A stretch of DNA of 63,981 bases, the filler included. It is 14 parts of 14 records of this genome, joined end to end, with 100 filler letters (N's around TTAATTAATTAA, not from the genome) between each part and the next. Parts side by side here need not be neighbours in the genome. Positions count along the whole stretch, not along the records: positions 1 to 4,253 come from SRR15195285_1150; positions 4,354 to 7,549 come from SRR15195285_1154; positions 7,650 to 11,021 come from SRR15195285_1158; positions 11,122 to 15,882 come from SRR15195285_1161; 10 more parts are not named here. One strand, given 5' to 3'. Below, piece by piece: positions 1 to 11,565 of this stretch; position 1 is the stretch's first letter; each line of letters begins with the position of its first letter. The notes under the pieces were generated by a model. That model made no database searches and was not told the DNA's origin. It was given only the letters and a program-made list of their open reading frames with translations. The position numbers and the translations under genes are program-made.

Positions 1-26
1 TGCTGCTGCTGCTGCTGCTGCTGCTG
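1..26. repeat. (TGC)n microsatellite at window start
   Basis: tgctgctgct... is seen directly. A similar (CTG)n tract starts the contig at 41996. Confidence 0.9.
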
Positions 27-212
27 CGTCCCAGAGCTGTCCACCGCCGGCTATGGTGCGCACAGCGGGGCAATAGACGCCCAGAGCGGTCTTCAGCGTC
101 CATATCTACCGCATTTGATCTGCATTTGGTCAGACACGTGCACGCGTGTCTTTTGCCTGCGTGTGCGAGACAGATGAACGAACAGCGCATTCCGCACAGT
201 CCTGGCTGGCGA

Positions 213-3200
213 ATGCGCAGCACGTTAGTCATGCTGGCCGCCAACGTCTGCGCCCTTGCAGTGGCCACCATCAACACAGGCAAGCATCTGCCCAAACTCC
301 GCAGGGCTGACCTCGCAACGCATGGTACGTTGTCCCCAAAAGACATTGCCGCACAGATGGTCAATGTGTTGCCACACAATCAAGACGGTGCGATGATGAT
401 CGAGGGCGAAATTGCCAAGCAGTTGAGTGCATATCTGCGCCTCAAAAATGGCGAGCTCGCCCCGGCATGGATGAATCACACAGACGAACAGAAAACCGAA
501 GATCTACAACGCCACTACTTTGCCACGCAACTAGAGCGACAGCACCGTCGCTTGCAATGGCCAGGAGCTCCGCGAGCTTGGATCGACACTAACGCGCAAG
601 AACGAGATGACCAACTCGCAAATTCTATTGGCATCTCGGGCCAATCCACGCCATATTGCGACGATGTACTAGCTTTAAATGCAGGTGCATACGCATCTTG
701 TGCGTACGATTGTGAGGACCTCAAGGCGGCGTACCTGCCTAGGGTGGAAGGCCCGGTGCGCTGCTTTGTGTTCTCTGACGGGCCCAATGTTGAACAACAA
801 TGGCAGGAAATTGACGGGCAAAACCAACACCTCCTAGACATGCGTCAACAACACTTCAAGACGCACACTTATGTTCAAAGCGCAACTCCAGCACCGGACG
901 CTCAAGTAGCATTTACGGTGCGCACAATGGCTTTTTGCAGATTTTGCAGATTTCTCTAGTGACAAGGAGCTTCCTTGGAGACTTGAATCACCTCGTCGTG
1001 TGGCCGCTGCTTCTTTGGCCGCTTTTAGATCGGCGAAGGCCGCGCGTGCCGTAACGTGACAGTCTTGAGCTCAGCGCTCGGCGACAGCGGTGACGTAACA
1101 AGTACACAAACGGAGATATGGTGTCTGGTCGACGGCGAGCACGAGTACAATCACACCATCGTAGGCAACCACAGTGGTGAGAGCATTCCCACTGTGCACT
1201 GTGGGTTTCCACAGCTGTTGCATTGCGCTTACCTACGATAGGAAAAGTTGTGCTAAGTGTTGGTGCTTTTGCAGTGGAAGTCGTAGGCTACGCAGAATCT
1301 GGAGCTCAGTTTGGTCCTGGTGGTCAAACCACATTCATCGTCGGAGAGTGCACAGATGTGAGACGATGCTGCGCTGCGTCAATCAGGCCTAATTTTGTTT
1401 GTGTTTTCTTCTTGCCCACAGTATCTCCGTCACTCCATCCTGTATAGCTCAAGTAAGTCGCCTTGCTTCTCCGTGGACAGGTTTTGATAACAATTACGAC
1501 TACGAGCACAACCGGCGATTCCGTCGAGTGGCAGCTCGACGATGGAAACCACAACGGACCTTGGACCTTGTCCACACCTGGCGAGCTCGGAGTCTCTGTG
1601 CAAGAAACTTGCATGTTCGACAACGAATTTACGATCGCACGGAATGGAGATGCTGGATGGGAGGGTTCAATCGAAGTGGCCGGTTTCATTCACTATCACA
1701 ACACAATTACAATCCCAAACGATGAGAGCTGGATAATCCAAGGGCAGATTGATTCTAGCACAGGATTACCTGTCAAGCTTGATGCGAGGTTCAAATCTGG
1801 GACAGGAAGTGATCGCTCCCGTGCCAACATCGTTCTCCGCAACCTACGTATCTCAGGCCAGACAGCGCCTCTAGACACAAACGTCCTTCCTCGGAATGGA
1901 ATGATGAGTTTTAGATCGACTACCAATGACAAGTCGTTCGGTGGAGCCTTCGAGTACGACGGTGGCAGCAGTGATCCCTCTTCTCCAACAAAGATTGCCT
2001 TTGTTGATGTTGTATTCGACCACAACTCTGCAGAATCCTGTGGGGCTGTGGCTATTGACGCACGAGGCTCAACACCGACTCCTGACAGATTATCTCAGTT
2101 CTGGGACAGTGCTATCGACATTACGATGGAACGTGTGACCTTCTTCAGAAACTGGGGAATGAATATTGGCGGAGCGTTTTGTGTAAACAATCCCTGGTAA
2201 GTCTAGGCTCGGTCAGGTGCATGATGTCCGCTGTTCTCTTACTGTGCTACACTTGCTTTGTTCCCTGGCGACTGGACAGGCCAACAACTATCAGTTTGGC
2301 GCACACGGACATGATTCACAATGAGGCGTTCCTTCTTAAGGACATTTCTATTGGCTGGGACGCACACATGGGGGTTGACGGTCTGTTTGCCGCAGGCGCT
2401 GAGACACATCTCAGGGAAGGGTTGGCATCAGTGATTTTCACAGATACCTTAATCGATGGCGGTTGGGATGAGTTGCAGCTATTCGCGTACCAATGTTCGA
2501 CCTTAATTAAGATCGACGGCGCCGCTCAAGACGAGCCAAACGCGCGATGGAATTTTACGATGAACCGTCACGAGGTCCGGAACACAAAAGCGTGGTCATC
2601 CCCATTTTTCGGCGCTTATGTGAACCCGCCAGTCTCAGACAAGATGCTCCATTTAGACTACCAATTCGTCGACTCAAGAATCGTTGGATTAGGATCGCTT
2701 GCAGAGGGCTGGGAAGAAAATGTATATATGATCCATATGCAAGCCATTGGCTCTGCTCGATTTGAAAGAAGCAGATTCCTGGAGAACGGCAGGGCAACCA
2801 CTGGCGGAGGTACCGGTGGAATATGGGCTGCCGTTCCCAGTGTGGGAGGTGCGCTGACGCCGACTTTGGAATTCATTGGCTCGGAATGGATTGGCAACAA
2901 AGCAGGCATAGGACCAGCAGTGTATGTGGGGCAGGGACAGGTTGGCGTAATATTTGTTCGGTGCTTCTTCCGCAACAACATTGCATACAAGTCGGGAGGA
3001 GCAATCTCCATGCAGGGCACTGAAGCGGCAAGCCTGGCCATCTCCAGTAGTATCTTCCAGTCGAACTCAGTGCAGGTCTCAGCGGCTGGTGAAGAAATCG
3101 AAGTTCCAGTGATCGTACGCACCGGAAATTCCGGCCTTGGCACTGGTCCCGCAAACGCCCCTGACTTCTATTTTGCGCCGATTTGGCGAATCGACGACGG

Positions 3201-4253
3201 ACCCGTCTACGGTATTAGCTACGAACTATGTGAGCGTGCAAAGCAGGACTCTTTGGCCGCGGTTGCCGAGGGCCTTCCAGAGTCCTGGCCGAGCGAACTA
3301 CTGTGTGGAAACGTAACATACTACGGCCCAGATCGAATCTACACTCATACTGTCAGCCTGACCCAAGGATCGCACGTACTGTACACTGGTGTACTCCTCA
3401 AGCGGGCTCTCAAGTCGATGGGCTGGCGTCAAGGATCGATCGAGCTACCGTCAGTGATCGGACCACTGTTTCCAAATCCCGAGGATACGCGTAGTGCTGA
3501 TGGTGGGCGCCAGCCAGGGTGCCTGCATTCCTCAGGGTGCTCAGTCGAGTAAGTCTGCAAGTTTCACATGAACCTTCGCGCTTTGATACTCGTGGCTGCT
3601 GAAACTACAGCCGTACTTGTGGTTCGTACAGGGGGGAGAATCAAAATTGCTGCCCTGTGGACGTAGCAATTTGGGAGCAGAGGCTGCTGTACATCAGCAG
3701 TGGCAAGGGTGGAGCCGGTGACTTCTCTGGTACTATGCCAATATCCATCCGTGACAGCAAGTTTACCAGGAATCAGGCAACCATCGGAGGGTCCTTGTCC
3801 ATCACGGCAGCTTCTCAGGTCACTATTGTCAATACAACTACAGACGCAGCTGTGCACACGATAGCTACAACAATCGATCGGTGCAATGAGAACCCGTGCG
3901 CGATCGGCACCTCTTGCACTTTCCAGAACTTTTCGACTTTCTGTAAGCCGTGTTACGTCAATGAGATTGGCGACGGTAGGATCTGCACCACGTGTCCACC
4001 TGGCCAACACCCAGACACCTTTCAGACAACATGCTTGCCATGCCCACCTGGGCAGGTCAGTATGATCGGTCTGTGCTCAGTCTGTCCAACTGGTCACGAG
4101 ACAAATCAGGCATCTACGAGGTGTGATCCTTGTGCACCAGGCACCTCTAGTTCAGGAGACCAGGTGGCTTGTGTCGCCTGTGACGCTGGAAAATACTCAA
4201 ATCAGGGTTCGTCTAGTTGCTTACAGTGTCCTGCAGGGACAAGCCCGAGCGAG
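213..4253 (+). CDS. Large secreted/surface protein with pectin-lyase-like parallel beta-helix (POMP-type GGA(I/F) repeats) and C-terminal Cys-rich GCC2/GCC3 (ephrin-receptor-like) repeats; multi-exon, 3' truncated
   Basis: Signal peptide MRSTLVMLAANVCALAVA. GT-AG introns (about 918-1028, 1177-1273, 1358-1480, and starting near 2197 and 3549) join ORFs 126, 1056, 1223, 1463, 2179 and 3657. Motifs include FDHNSAESCGAV, FFRNWGMNIGGAF, FRNNIAYKSGGAI, FTRNQATIGGSL and repeated CxxCPPGx units. Confidence 0.75.
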
Positions 4254-4353
4254 NNNNNNNNNNNNNNNNNNNNNNNNNNNNNNNNNNNNNNNNNNNNTTA
4301 ATTAATTAANNNNNNNNNNNNNNNNNNNNNNNNNNNNNNNNNNNNNNNNNNNN
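4254..4353. other. Artificial contig spacer (N-run + TTAATTAATTAA + N-run). The same spacer occurs at 7550-7649, 11022-11121, 15883-15982, 19573-19672, 26362-26461, 32416-32515, 36765-36864, 41896-41995, 46530-46629, 50751-50850, 53941-54040 and 59860-59959.
   Basis: The identical 100-nt pattern with stops in all six frames occurs 13 times. Genes are truncated at these points, so adjacency across spacers carries no biological meaning. Confidence 0.98.
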
Positions 4354-4558
4354 AGTTGATTGACTGTTGAGTACCATAGCTGCGCTCCGCGCGCGCGGCG
4401 CACGCGCACGCGCGCACTCCGATCCGCGGCGCGCGCGACCGCGCGCGCGCGTATACTAGTATAGCAGGTATACCCCGCGGCGCCGCCGGGCGCCGGCCGC
4501 GGGGCGGCCGCCGCCCCCACACCGCGCAGCGGTTGCACGCCACGTCGGTCGCGTCGGC

Positions 4559-7239
4559 ATGACGGTCCTGCGACGATGCAAGCCGCGCTGCTTGGCGCAG
4601 GCCGCTGCGCTGCTCGGCTGTACGCACTCCGACGAACGAATTGCCTGATTGTGTTCGTTCTCCTTTTCGACTGGGATTTACAGTGGGATTCCGCGCGCAG
4701 CGCTGATCGAAGTATACATGTGCGTCGCGGTGCGTGGGAGCAGGTATGATCCTGGGGTCTACGATCGGCAGGGCAACACGGCGCCAACATCCAGAAGTTC
4801 ACGATGTCGGAGGTTTCGTGCGCAGCGTTGAGGCGGAGGCTGTCTCCGAGTTCCTGCAGGTCGAGGCCGAGATTAAGCGCGAAGAGAAGGCTTTGGAAGG
4901 AGTCATTCGAAAGCACCGTGAGATCGCGCGAGATCCACTGCTCCTCCCATCGGATCCCTCGCCAGTGGCACCGCCAGCATTGTTTACACCGCCGCTGCCG
5001 TCACTACCGCTGCCGCCGCCACCACCGTCGCCGTCATTACCGCTGCCGCCGCCACCACCGCCACCACCGCCGCCACCGCCGCCACCACCGCCGCTACCGC
5101 TACCGTCGTCATCCAGCAGCAGTGGCGATGCAGCAGGAACGCTAGAGAAGTGTCACGTGGAACTAGGTATTGACCGCCCTGGCCATGATATCAGCGGTAT
5201 GGGCGAGCCCGCTTCGAGCCCTGCCGCCTGCTGCGACCTGTGCACTGGAAATCCGGCTTGCGCAGCATGGAGCTACCAGGTCAGCGCGCAGGCCTGCTGG
5301 CTCAAGAACTTCGCTGCACCCGTTGATTCGACCATGCAGAATGATTGCTGCGTATCTGGAGTCGCCCGTGGTCGTCCTGTGAGCATAAGTGCCAGTCTCG
5401 AACCACCAGTAGTGCAACAAGCACCAGTTGCACAGCAGACGAGCCCTGTCGCGACAAGCAGCGGGGGCGTACCGCGCGCTTCGGCGACGCTTGGCGCAAA
5501 TACTGTGGTGCTCATCATTGCACACAACCGGCCTACCTACCTCAGCCGCTGCCTGTCGGCGCTACAGCGCTACCATCCAGGTGGCAACGCTTTGCCCGTG
5601 ATTGTCTCAGAAGACAGAGATGGCGAGGAGAAGGGTCGCAAAGTGGATGAGGTGGTGCAGTCTGCCGCAGCAAAGCTGAGGGCTGCCGGCGCCGCAGCCG
5701 TTGACCACGTCAAGTTTCCGGACGGCGGTCGTGGGGCGCCAGGATATGCGCGATTAGCTCGGCACTACAAGTGGGCGCTGAGCACCGCCTTTGAGTCTCG
5801 TTCACAGGTGCGCCGCGTCATCGTACTGTAAGTGTCCGATGCGAATTCCTGTGGTAGCACGCTCTATCGGCAGCTCACACCAGCAACACTGAGTCTTGAG
5901 TTTTCGGTCTTGCATGCATAATATTTTACAACAGAGAGGAGGACCTGGAAATTGCGCCAGACTTCTTTGAAATGTTCGGCGCCACCGCCCCGCTGCTAGA
6001 CGATCCGGCTGAAAACCTTCTTGCAGTCTCGGCTTTCAATGACAATGGGCTTAAACCTCTCGTTGACGAGCGTGCGTCAGCCACAGCGACCGTCACATTC
6101 ACTAGGTTTCCTATTCGGAACGCCACCCTGTACTAACAGACCGTTATCAATTTGTACGGGCACAGAAGCTGACGCGGGTACAATGCTACGCTCTGATTTC
6201 TTTCCTGGGCTGGGCTGGATGCTGACGAAGACGATGTGGGATGAGCTTGGCCCGAAATGTGAGTAGTGTGACGCACGTTGGCAATGCTATCGTTCGGGTT
6301 TGAGATGGATGCCTTGCTTTGCACTCACGGCTGTCCCGCCTCACATCACGGTGTTGCATTTGTTGGCATCGCCAGGGCCGGATAACTATTGGGACGATTG
6401 GCTGCGTGGTCCAGACAACCGCAAAGGTCGTGAGATCCTGCGCCCAGAGATTCCACGCACTCTGCACTACGGCACGCACGGCACCTCAAATAATCAATTT
6501 GGGTCGTTCCTTTCGGCGATTGCGTTGCATTCGGAACCACCGGTCGTGGACTGGACTGCATTTGATGTAGAAAGCATGCGGCGCAGCGCGTACGAGACGC
6601 GTTACATCCAAGCGGTGAGAGGATAGATCCACCTGGCGATAGTCGTCGTATAGAACAACATCATCTGGCCAGTTGAAGCTGCCTAGCTGAGGAATTGTCA
6701 CGTATCAGTGCTGTACACGTTTGTTGTCTCATTGCCGCACGTGGCTTGTCTTGTCTTGCGTTGCCAGGTTCGTGCTGCTACCGCAGTGAAGTCGTCTGCG
6801 ATGTTCGAGGCTCCGAAACTGAGTGGTCTACGGTCAGGTGTAGAGTGCGTCACTTTCTTCTCAACATCCGACTCTCTTGCTGCGTGCTGAGTCATGCGGC
6901 CCTTTTAGGTACTGCGTGAGCTACAACGTTCGGGATCCGACCAACTTCGATCTCGACCGTGGCGGAAACTGGTGTGTCTTCATATATTTGCAGGCTACGA
7001 CCAATCGCCGCTAGGCATACAACTGTGTTTAGCGCTGCCTGCGATTGTACTATCTTCTTGAGCTGCTGCTATGGGGTTCGCTTAATGCTTGAATTTGCAG
7101 GGAAAGCGTAGCGAAGTCGCTGGGGTTGATGTCGGATTACCGTGGAGGGACGCCTCGTTCGGGCTACAAAGGAATAGTGCAGTTCCGGAGTAGAGACGGC
7201 GTGAGAGTCTATGCCGCACCGAATGATCTATGCAACTGA
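4559..7239 (+). CDS. GT13 N-acetylglucosaminyltransferase (GnT-I/MGAT1/POMGNT1 family), type II membrane protein with poly-Pro stem and PAN/Apple domain; multi-exon
   Basis: The spliced model (first intron 4620-4743) gives an N-terminal TM. GT13 motifs: IIAHNRPTYL, YARLARHYKWAL, VLEEDLEIAPDFF, AVSAFNDNG, RSDFFPGLGWML, YWDDWLR, RPEIPRT, GTPRSGYKGIV. PAN motif: CCDLCTGNPACAAWSY...CWLK. Confidence 0.9.
4990..5108 (+). repeat. (CCR)n poly-proline coding tract
   Basis: The ccgccaccaccg run encodes the Pro-rich stem of the GT13 protein. Confidence 0.9.
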
Positions 7240-7845
7240 AGACCATTGACATCCAGCTAATAATAAGCGATAATCATTACATGCAATGGCTGAAGGTAAC
7301 GAATGCTTCAATACCACGCTGGAGCCTCATACGAACACTCATAGGGCATGTAGGCTACTATCATGCCCTGTGCGTTGCGAATTGGGGTCCGTGTGTGCCC
7401 AGTGTGAAGCTACCTAGCAATACAATACCATCGTACACACGCTGTGCATTACTCTTATTGATCAGTTCCTGCGGCGGACAACTCGTTACGCTTCTGGGCT
7501 TATCGCTTTCATTTGTGCGGCTATCGAGCTTCTCCTAGGGGAGAACTTTNNNNNNNNNNNNNNNNNNNNNNNNNNNNNNNNNNNNNNNNNNNNTTAATTA
7601 ATTAANNNNNNNNNNNNNNNNNNNNNNNNNNNNNNNNNNNNNNNNNNNNTCGCCTCGCAAACTAGGGTGTCACAAAGCGCCGCGCGCGCGCGCGCGTGCA
7701 CGTGTACAGCTGTACACGGACGGTACGTATAATCGTATATACGCGTACATGTACGCCGTACGGCGCCGGTACGCGCGAGGTCGCGTATAAGTAAAGTACC
7801 GCACCCTGGGTGCGCGCGACGGACTACGCGCCGGCCCGCGGCGGT

Positions 7846-9171
7846 ATGGGGCTGTCCCGCCACCCGCTCGGGCAGCAGGCAGGGGACACACGGCTCGGCG
7901 CGGAGCACCAGGAGGATGCTCACTGGCACAGGCTGCAGCACCAGGGCTACACGATCGTGCCGGACGTGCTTGGGCTACCACTGCTGCAAGAGCTGCGGGA
8001 CTACTTTGACGAGGTCGAGGCGCGCCTCGTGCAAGGCGAGCAGGTCGATCACTGCTTCCGCTCTGAGCATGGTGACGTGCAGATCAACCACCTGCCGCTA
8101 CACCGCCCCAGCTTCCAGCAGCTGCTCGCGCCTCCAGCGGTGTTTCCACTAGTGCGCAGAGCGATGCACGCGAAGTATGGCGAGGAGCCAGTGTTCCTTG
8201 ACATGGCCGATGGCTTCGTCTGCAACGACGACCACGGGCAGACGTGGCACGCAGACGGCGAGTACGTGCGTCTCACTTTCGCGATCGATGACATCGATCC
8301 AGAGCTGGGAGGAGGGACGGGCTTCATGCCTGGCACACACAGGGCGGGTCCTCTGGCCGGTCCATCTGTGCAGCTCCAGCCGTGGGCTAATATGGTCGGA
8401 GCCTCTGGCGTGCCAGTGGGCGTCGACCTTGAGGGGGCGACGCAGATGCATGGCAAGGCTGGCTGTTGTGCGGTGAACTATACGACACTTTGGCACCGGC
8501 GGGTTCCCAACCGCAGTGCGCAGGCCTTGCTAGACCCCTCACTGACGCAGCAGCTGCCTGACGTAGATAGACCCACTTTCTCCTAATGCTGGTCACGGTT
8601 CCACCTCTCTTCAATGCTACAGGTGGCAAACCACGGCGCATAATCTGGTCGGTGTACAAGCGCGAGTCAGAAAGATTTGGGGAGGCGCACAAGGACTCCC
8701 CATCAGTTGACCTACCCGGTATGCACGGACAGTCGTTAGCTCATCATCGCCATGCTCCATGACCAAATCAGCAGGCAGACCACGCCTGGCTCATAGTATT
8801 TCAGTATACAGGGGTCGATGACTTAGCACCATTTCCCCCGCTGTTCGTCTCGGTCGGTTGCAGATGGAGGGCACACAAAGCAAGTGTTTCTTGAGCTCGG
8901 TCGCGCGATGCCAGTCGGCTCTCTGGAACGACGACTGATCATTTCGACGACCGCAGGTACATGATTGCATAGTGTGAAACTTGACTGCGCTCTCATGATA
9001 TGGTAGCATTTGTATTCACCGTAAGTCTGCTGTGGGACTGAGCTACCTGAATTTTTTCGTTGTGCAGGGAGAATACCACCTGACACAGACCGTGCAGTAG
9101 ACTGGGAACAGGCAAGCAAGCGAGCAGCGACAGCAATGGCGCAGCATCATCAGACCACTCCGAATCTGTAG
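7846..9171 (+). CDS. Phytanoyl-CoA dioxygenase (PhyH) family 2OG-Fe(II) oxygenase; 4 exons
   Basis: Motifs GYTIVPDVL, WHAD (HxD), GGTGFMPGTH and LWHR (distal His). Three GT-AG introns keep the frame to ...TTPNL-stop, a possible weak PTS1. Confidence 0.85.
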
Positions 9172-9272
9172 TCCATTGATGACAATCAAGTTGGTCCTAC
9201 TGTGGAGATGTAGTTTGCCCGCTCCTGCCCGCCCTAGCTTGGCTTGTCTGTCTGTATCACTTCGACAACTCC

Positions 9273-10950
9273 CTAAGCTGCCCGAGCGAAGAAGGCTGTG
9301 TTGTCAGCGCCACAGACTACAGCTACCTCCGGGTCAGTTGGTTCGGCAACGCTGCTGGAAAACCACCCACGCGAGCTCGCAGGTGGAACCAGCAGCGGCA
9401 ACTTTCCAGGAATGCCCCATCCAGCTACGGATGGCGCTACCCCGTCATTGCGCCTCTTCCCTGCGCCACGCTGTGCAAGTGCGTTCGCACCCCAGCAGAG
9501 CCAGTCCGCAGGCATCTCCGGAATTGGCACCTGTGCGTAAACACACGGAGGAGAACACAGTCAGAACACCGGTGATTGCCTCCAACAAACATTGCCCCTA
9601 CGACGACAGGGTAGGTCGTCGGCAGTCCTAGGCTGGCGACTCTGGACATCGGCGCACCTGAGCTGCCACTGCATGACCCAGCCCAGCCGTCAGGCTCAGA
9701 CCTGTGCGCACCGCCATATGCGAGCCGAGCACCTCGTCGTAGTATCGTTTGTCACTCAGCGCTGGAATCTTCATCAGCGTTGGCTGCGCGTGCGTTCTGA
9801 CTCCTGTGCCTAAGGTACCGTAGGATCCGAACCCACATGTGTACACTTGTTCCACAGTGGGGTCCTGGCGCTCCACTGTCACAAACGAGGTGTCACCGCC
9901 CGCGCAGATGTGAACCGCGCGGCCTCGAGGGCGACCGCCCCATAGGAGCTCGACAGGCGAGCTGTGATGGTCAACCGAGCTGCCAGGGTTGTCCTGCCCT
10001 AGCTGGCACCACTTATCGCTACCGAGGCCGACCACACGACCATCGGTCGTCCGCGCGAGCAAGTGGGACGCACCGCACGCCACATCCGCGAATGGCGGGT
10101 TGTCTTCCAGTACGCCGCCTGTAACCAATGTCAACTGAGCAGTGCCGGCTGCTGCAAGCAGTGGCTCGGGCCACGGCCATCCTTGCTCTTGTAGGCAGAA
10201 CAGCTGGCCAGTCTCGGTGAGGGCGGCAAAGTGCGCATCGCCAGCCGAGATCTTCACGATCTTGCTGCCACGGACGTCTGGTGCCCACAGTACCGGGTGC
10301 GCTGTCGGAGCTGCCCCATTGACAACTGGGACGCTCACTACCTTGCCAGCACTAGTCAACGCGTAAACAGCAGATGCAGAGCAGGAAACCTGTGTGACTG
10401 TTCCCGCGGACGTGACCTCGACGGGCGTTGCAGCCGCTATGCGCGCTGCTGAGGTGTCCGGTTCTTCGGCTTGGTGCGCCGCACCCCAGACGTATAGTTT
10501 CCCCTGGGAGTCGATTGCAGCCGCGTGACGGGAAGCAAACGCGATTGCGCGCACTCCTTTGTCGTCGAAGAACGGCACTGGCTGTGGGCGTTCCACCACG
10601 GGCACGCGGCGTGCGCCAACGCCACGTGCTCCGCCAGCGTCTTGCACTCCGTAGGTGGCGCTACCATCCCGCTGCCCTGACTGGGGCACGGTGCAGCCAT
10701 CATTACACCCCCAAACGTAGAGTGCGTGCGGCGCGCGAGCAGCAGCGGTGGGAGCCGGAGCCTCCTCTGCTGCCCGCGCGCATTCACATCCGCCGACGCC
10801 AGCAAGTGCTCCAACGGCGGCAGCTCCCGCCGTCCGCCAGCGCCGCCGGCTCACAGCTCTGCCCGCCACGACCCCGCCCAAGCCACGCCGCGCCACCGCC
10901 GCCGCAGCGAGCCTGCGCGGAAGCAGCGGCGCCACAGAGCCCAGCAGCAT
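9273..10950 (-). CDS. FMP25: RCC1-repeat protein, FMP25-like, probably mitochondrial; 2 exons
   Basis: Arg/Ala-rich presequence-like N-terminus. RCC1 blades: LYVWG, ISAGDAHFAAL, VACGASHLLA, ICAGGDTSF. GTLGTG..HAQPT..KIPALS...YYDE resembles FMP25. The last exon is ORF 9273-9530 (LCWGAN..QRG.GKRRN). Confidence 0.75.
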
Positions 10951-11565
10951 GGTCGAGGCGCCCACGGGCCACTGCCACGCGCCCCCTGGCGGGGTCAGAA
11001 TTCAGTCCACAGACGGGGTCANNNNNNNNNNNNNNNNNNNNNNNNNNNNNNNNNNNNNNNNNNNNTTAATTAATTAANNNNNNNNNNNNNNNNNNNNNNN
11101 NNNNNNNNNNNNNNNNNNNNNTGTGCGCGACGAGCCGCTAGCCGGGGGGGGAGGAGGGGGTGGGGGGGATCCCTAGAGGTACCCTGTGGGAACTCTGGTC
11201 AGGACGTGGTCGTCGTGGTGACCATCCCGCGCGTAGCGCGCGCATGCGGGGCGCGAGTCGACCCAGCGGCATGCACGAGTGCAGAGGCACCACGCACCGG
11301 CGGCGGCGCCGGCACCCGCCTCGCGAGCGTGCAGGCACGCAGTGCCGCATGAGGCATCCAGTGCCGCACCAACGGCCAAGGAACTGTCGTGTTGTTGGGA
11401 ACTGGCGGCCTTGCTTGGCAGCAGTGCGTCAGTGCGAGCGGCCAGCGCGGGGTAGTTGCTTGGCCGAGGGAGCAGGCTGTGATACGATGTAGACCGGTCC
11501 GATCCCAGGGAGGCGGCTGGGGCATGCCACCCACTGGCTGACACCTCGCTGGTCCAGCAGCTGCC

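Noticed and set aside
918-2280. Broken ORFs suggesting stop-codon reassignment or programmed frameshifts
   Set aside because: The breaks examined are explained by canonical GT-AG introns that restore frame, except at ~52655. The standard code fits.
4254-4353. Regularly recurring TTAATTAATTAA motif as a biological repeat or CRISPR-like array
   Set aside because: It is always embedded in fixed-length N runs, so it is a synthetic six-frame-stop contig linker.
11140-11170. G-run tract as a functional G-quadruplex or telomeric repeat
   Set aside because: It is a single irregular G-rich patch at a contig edge with no periodicity or supporting context.
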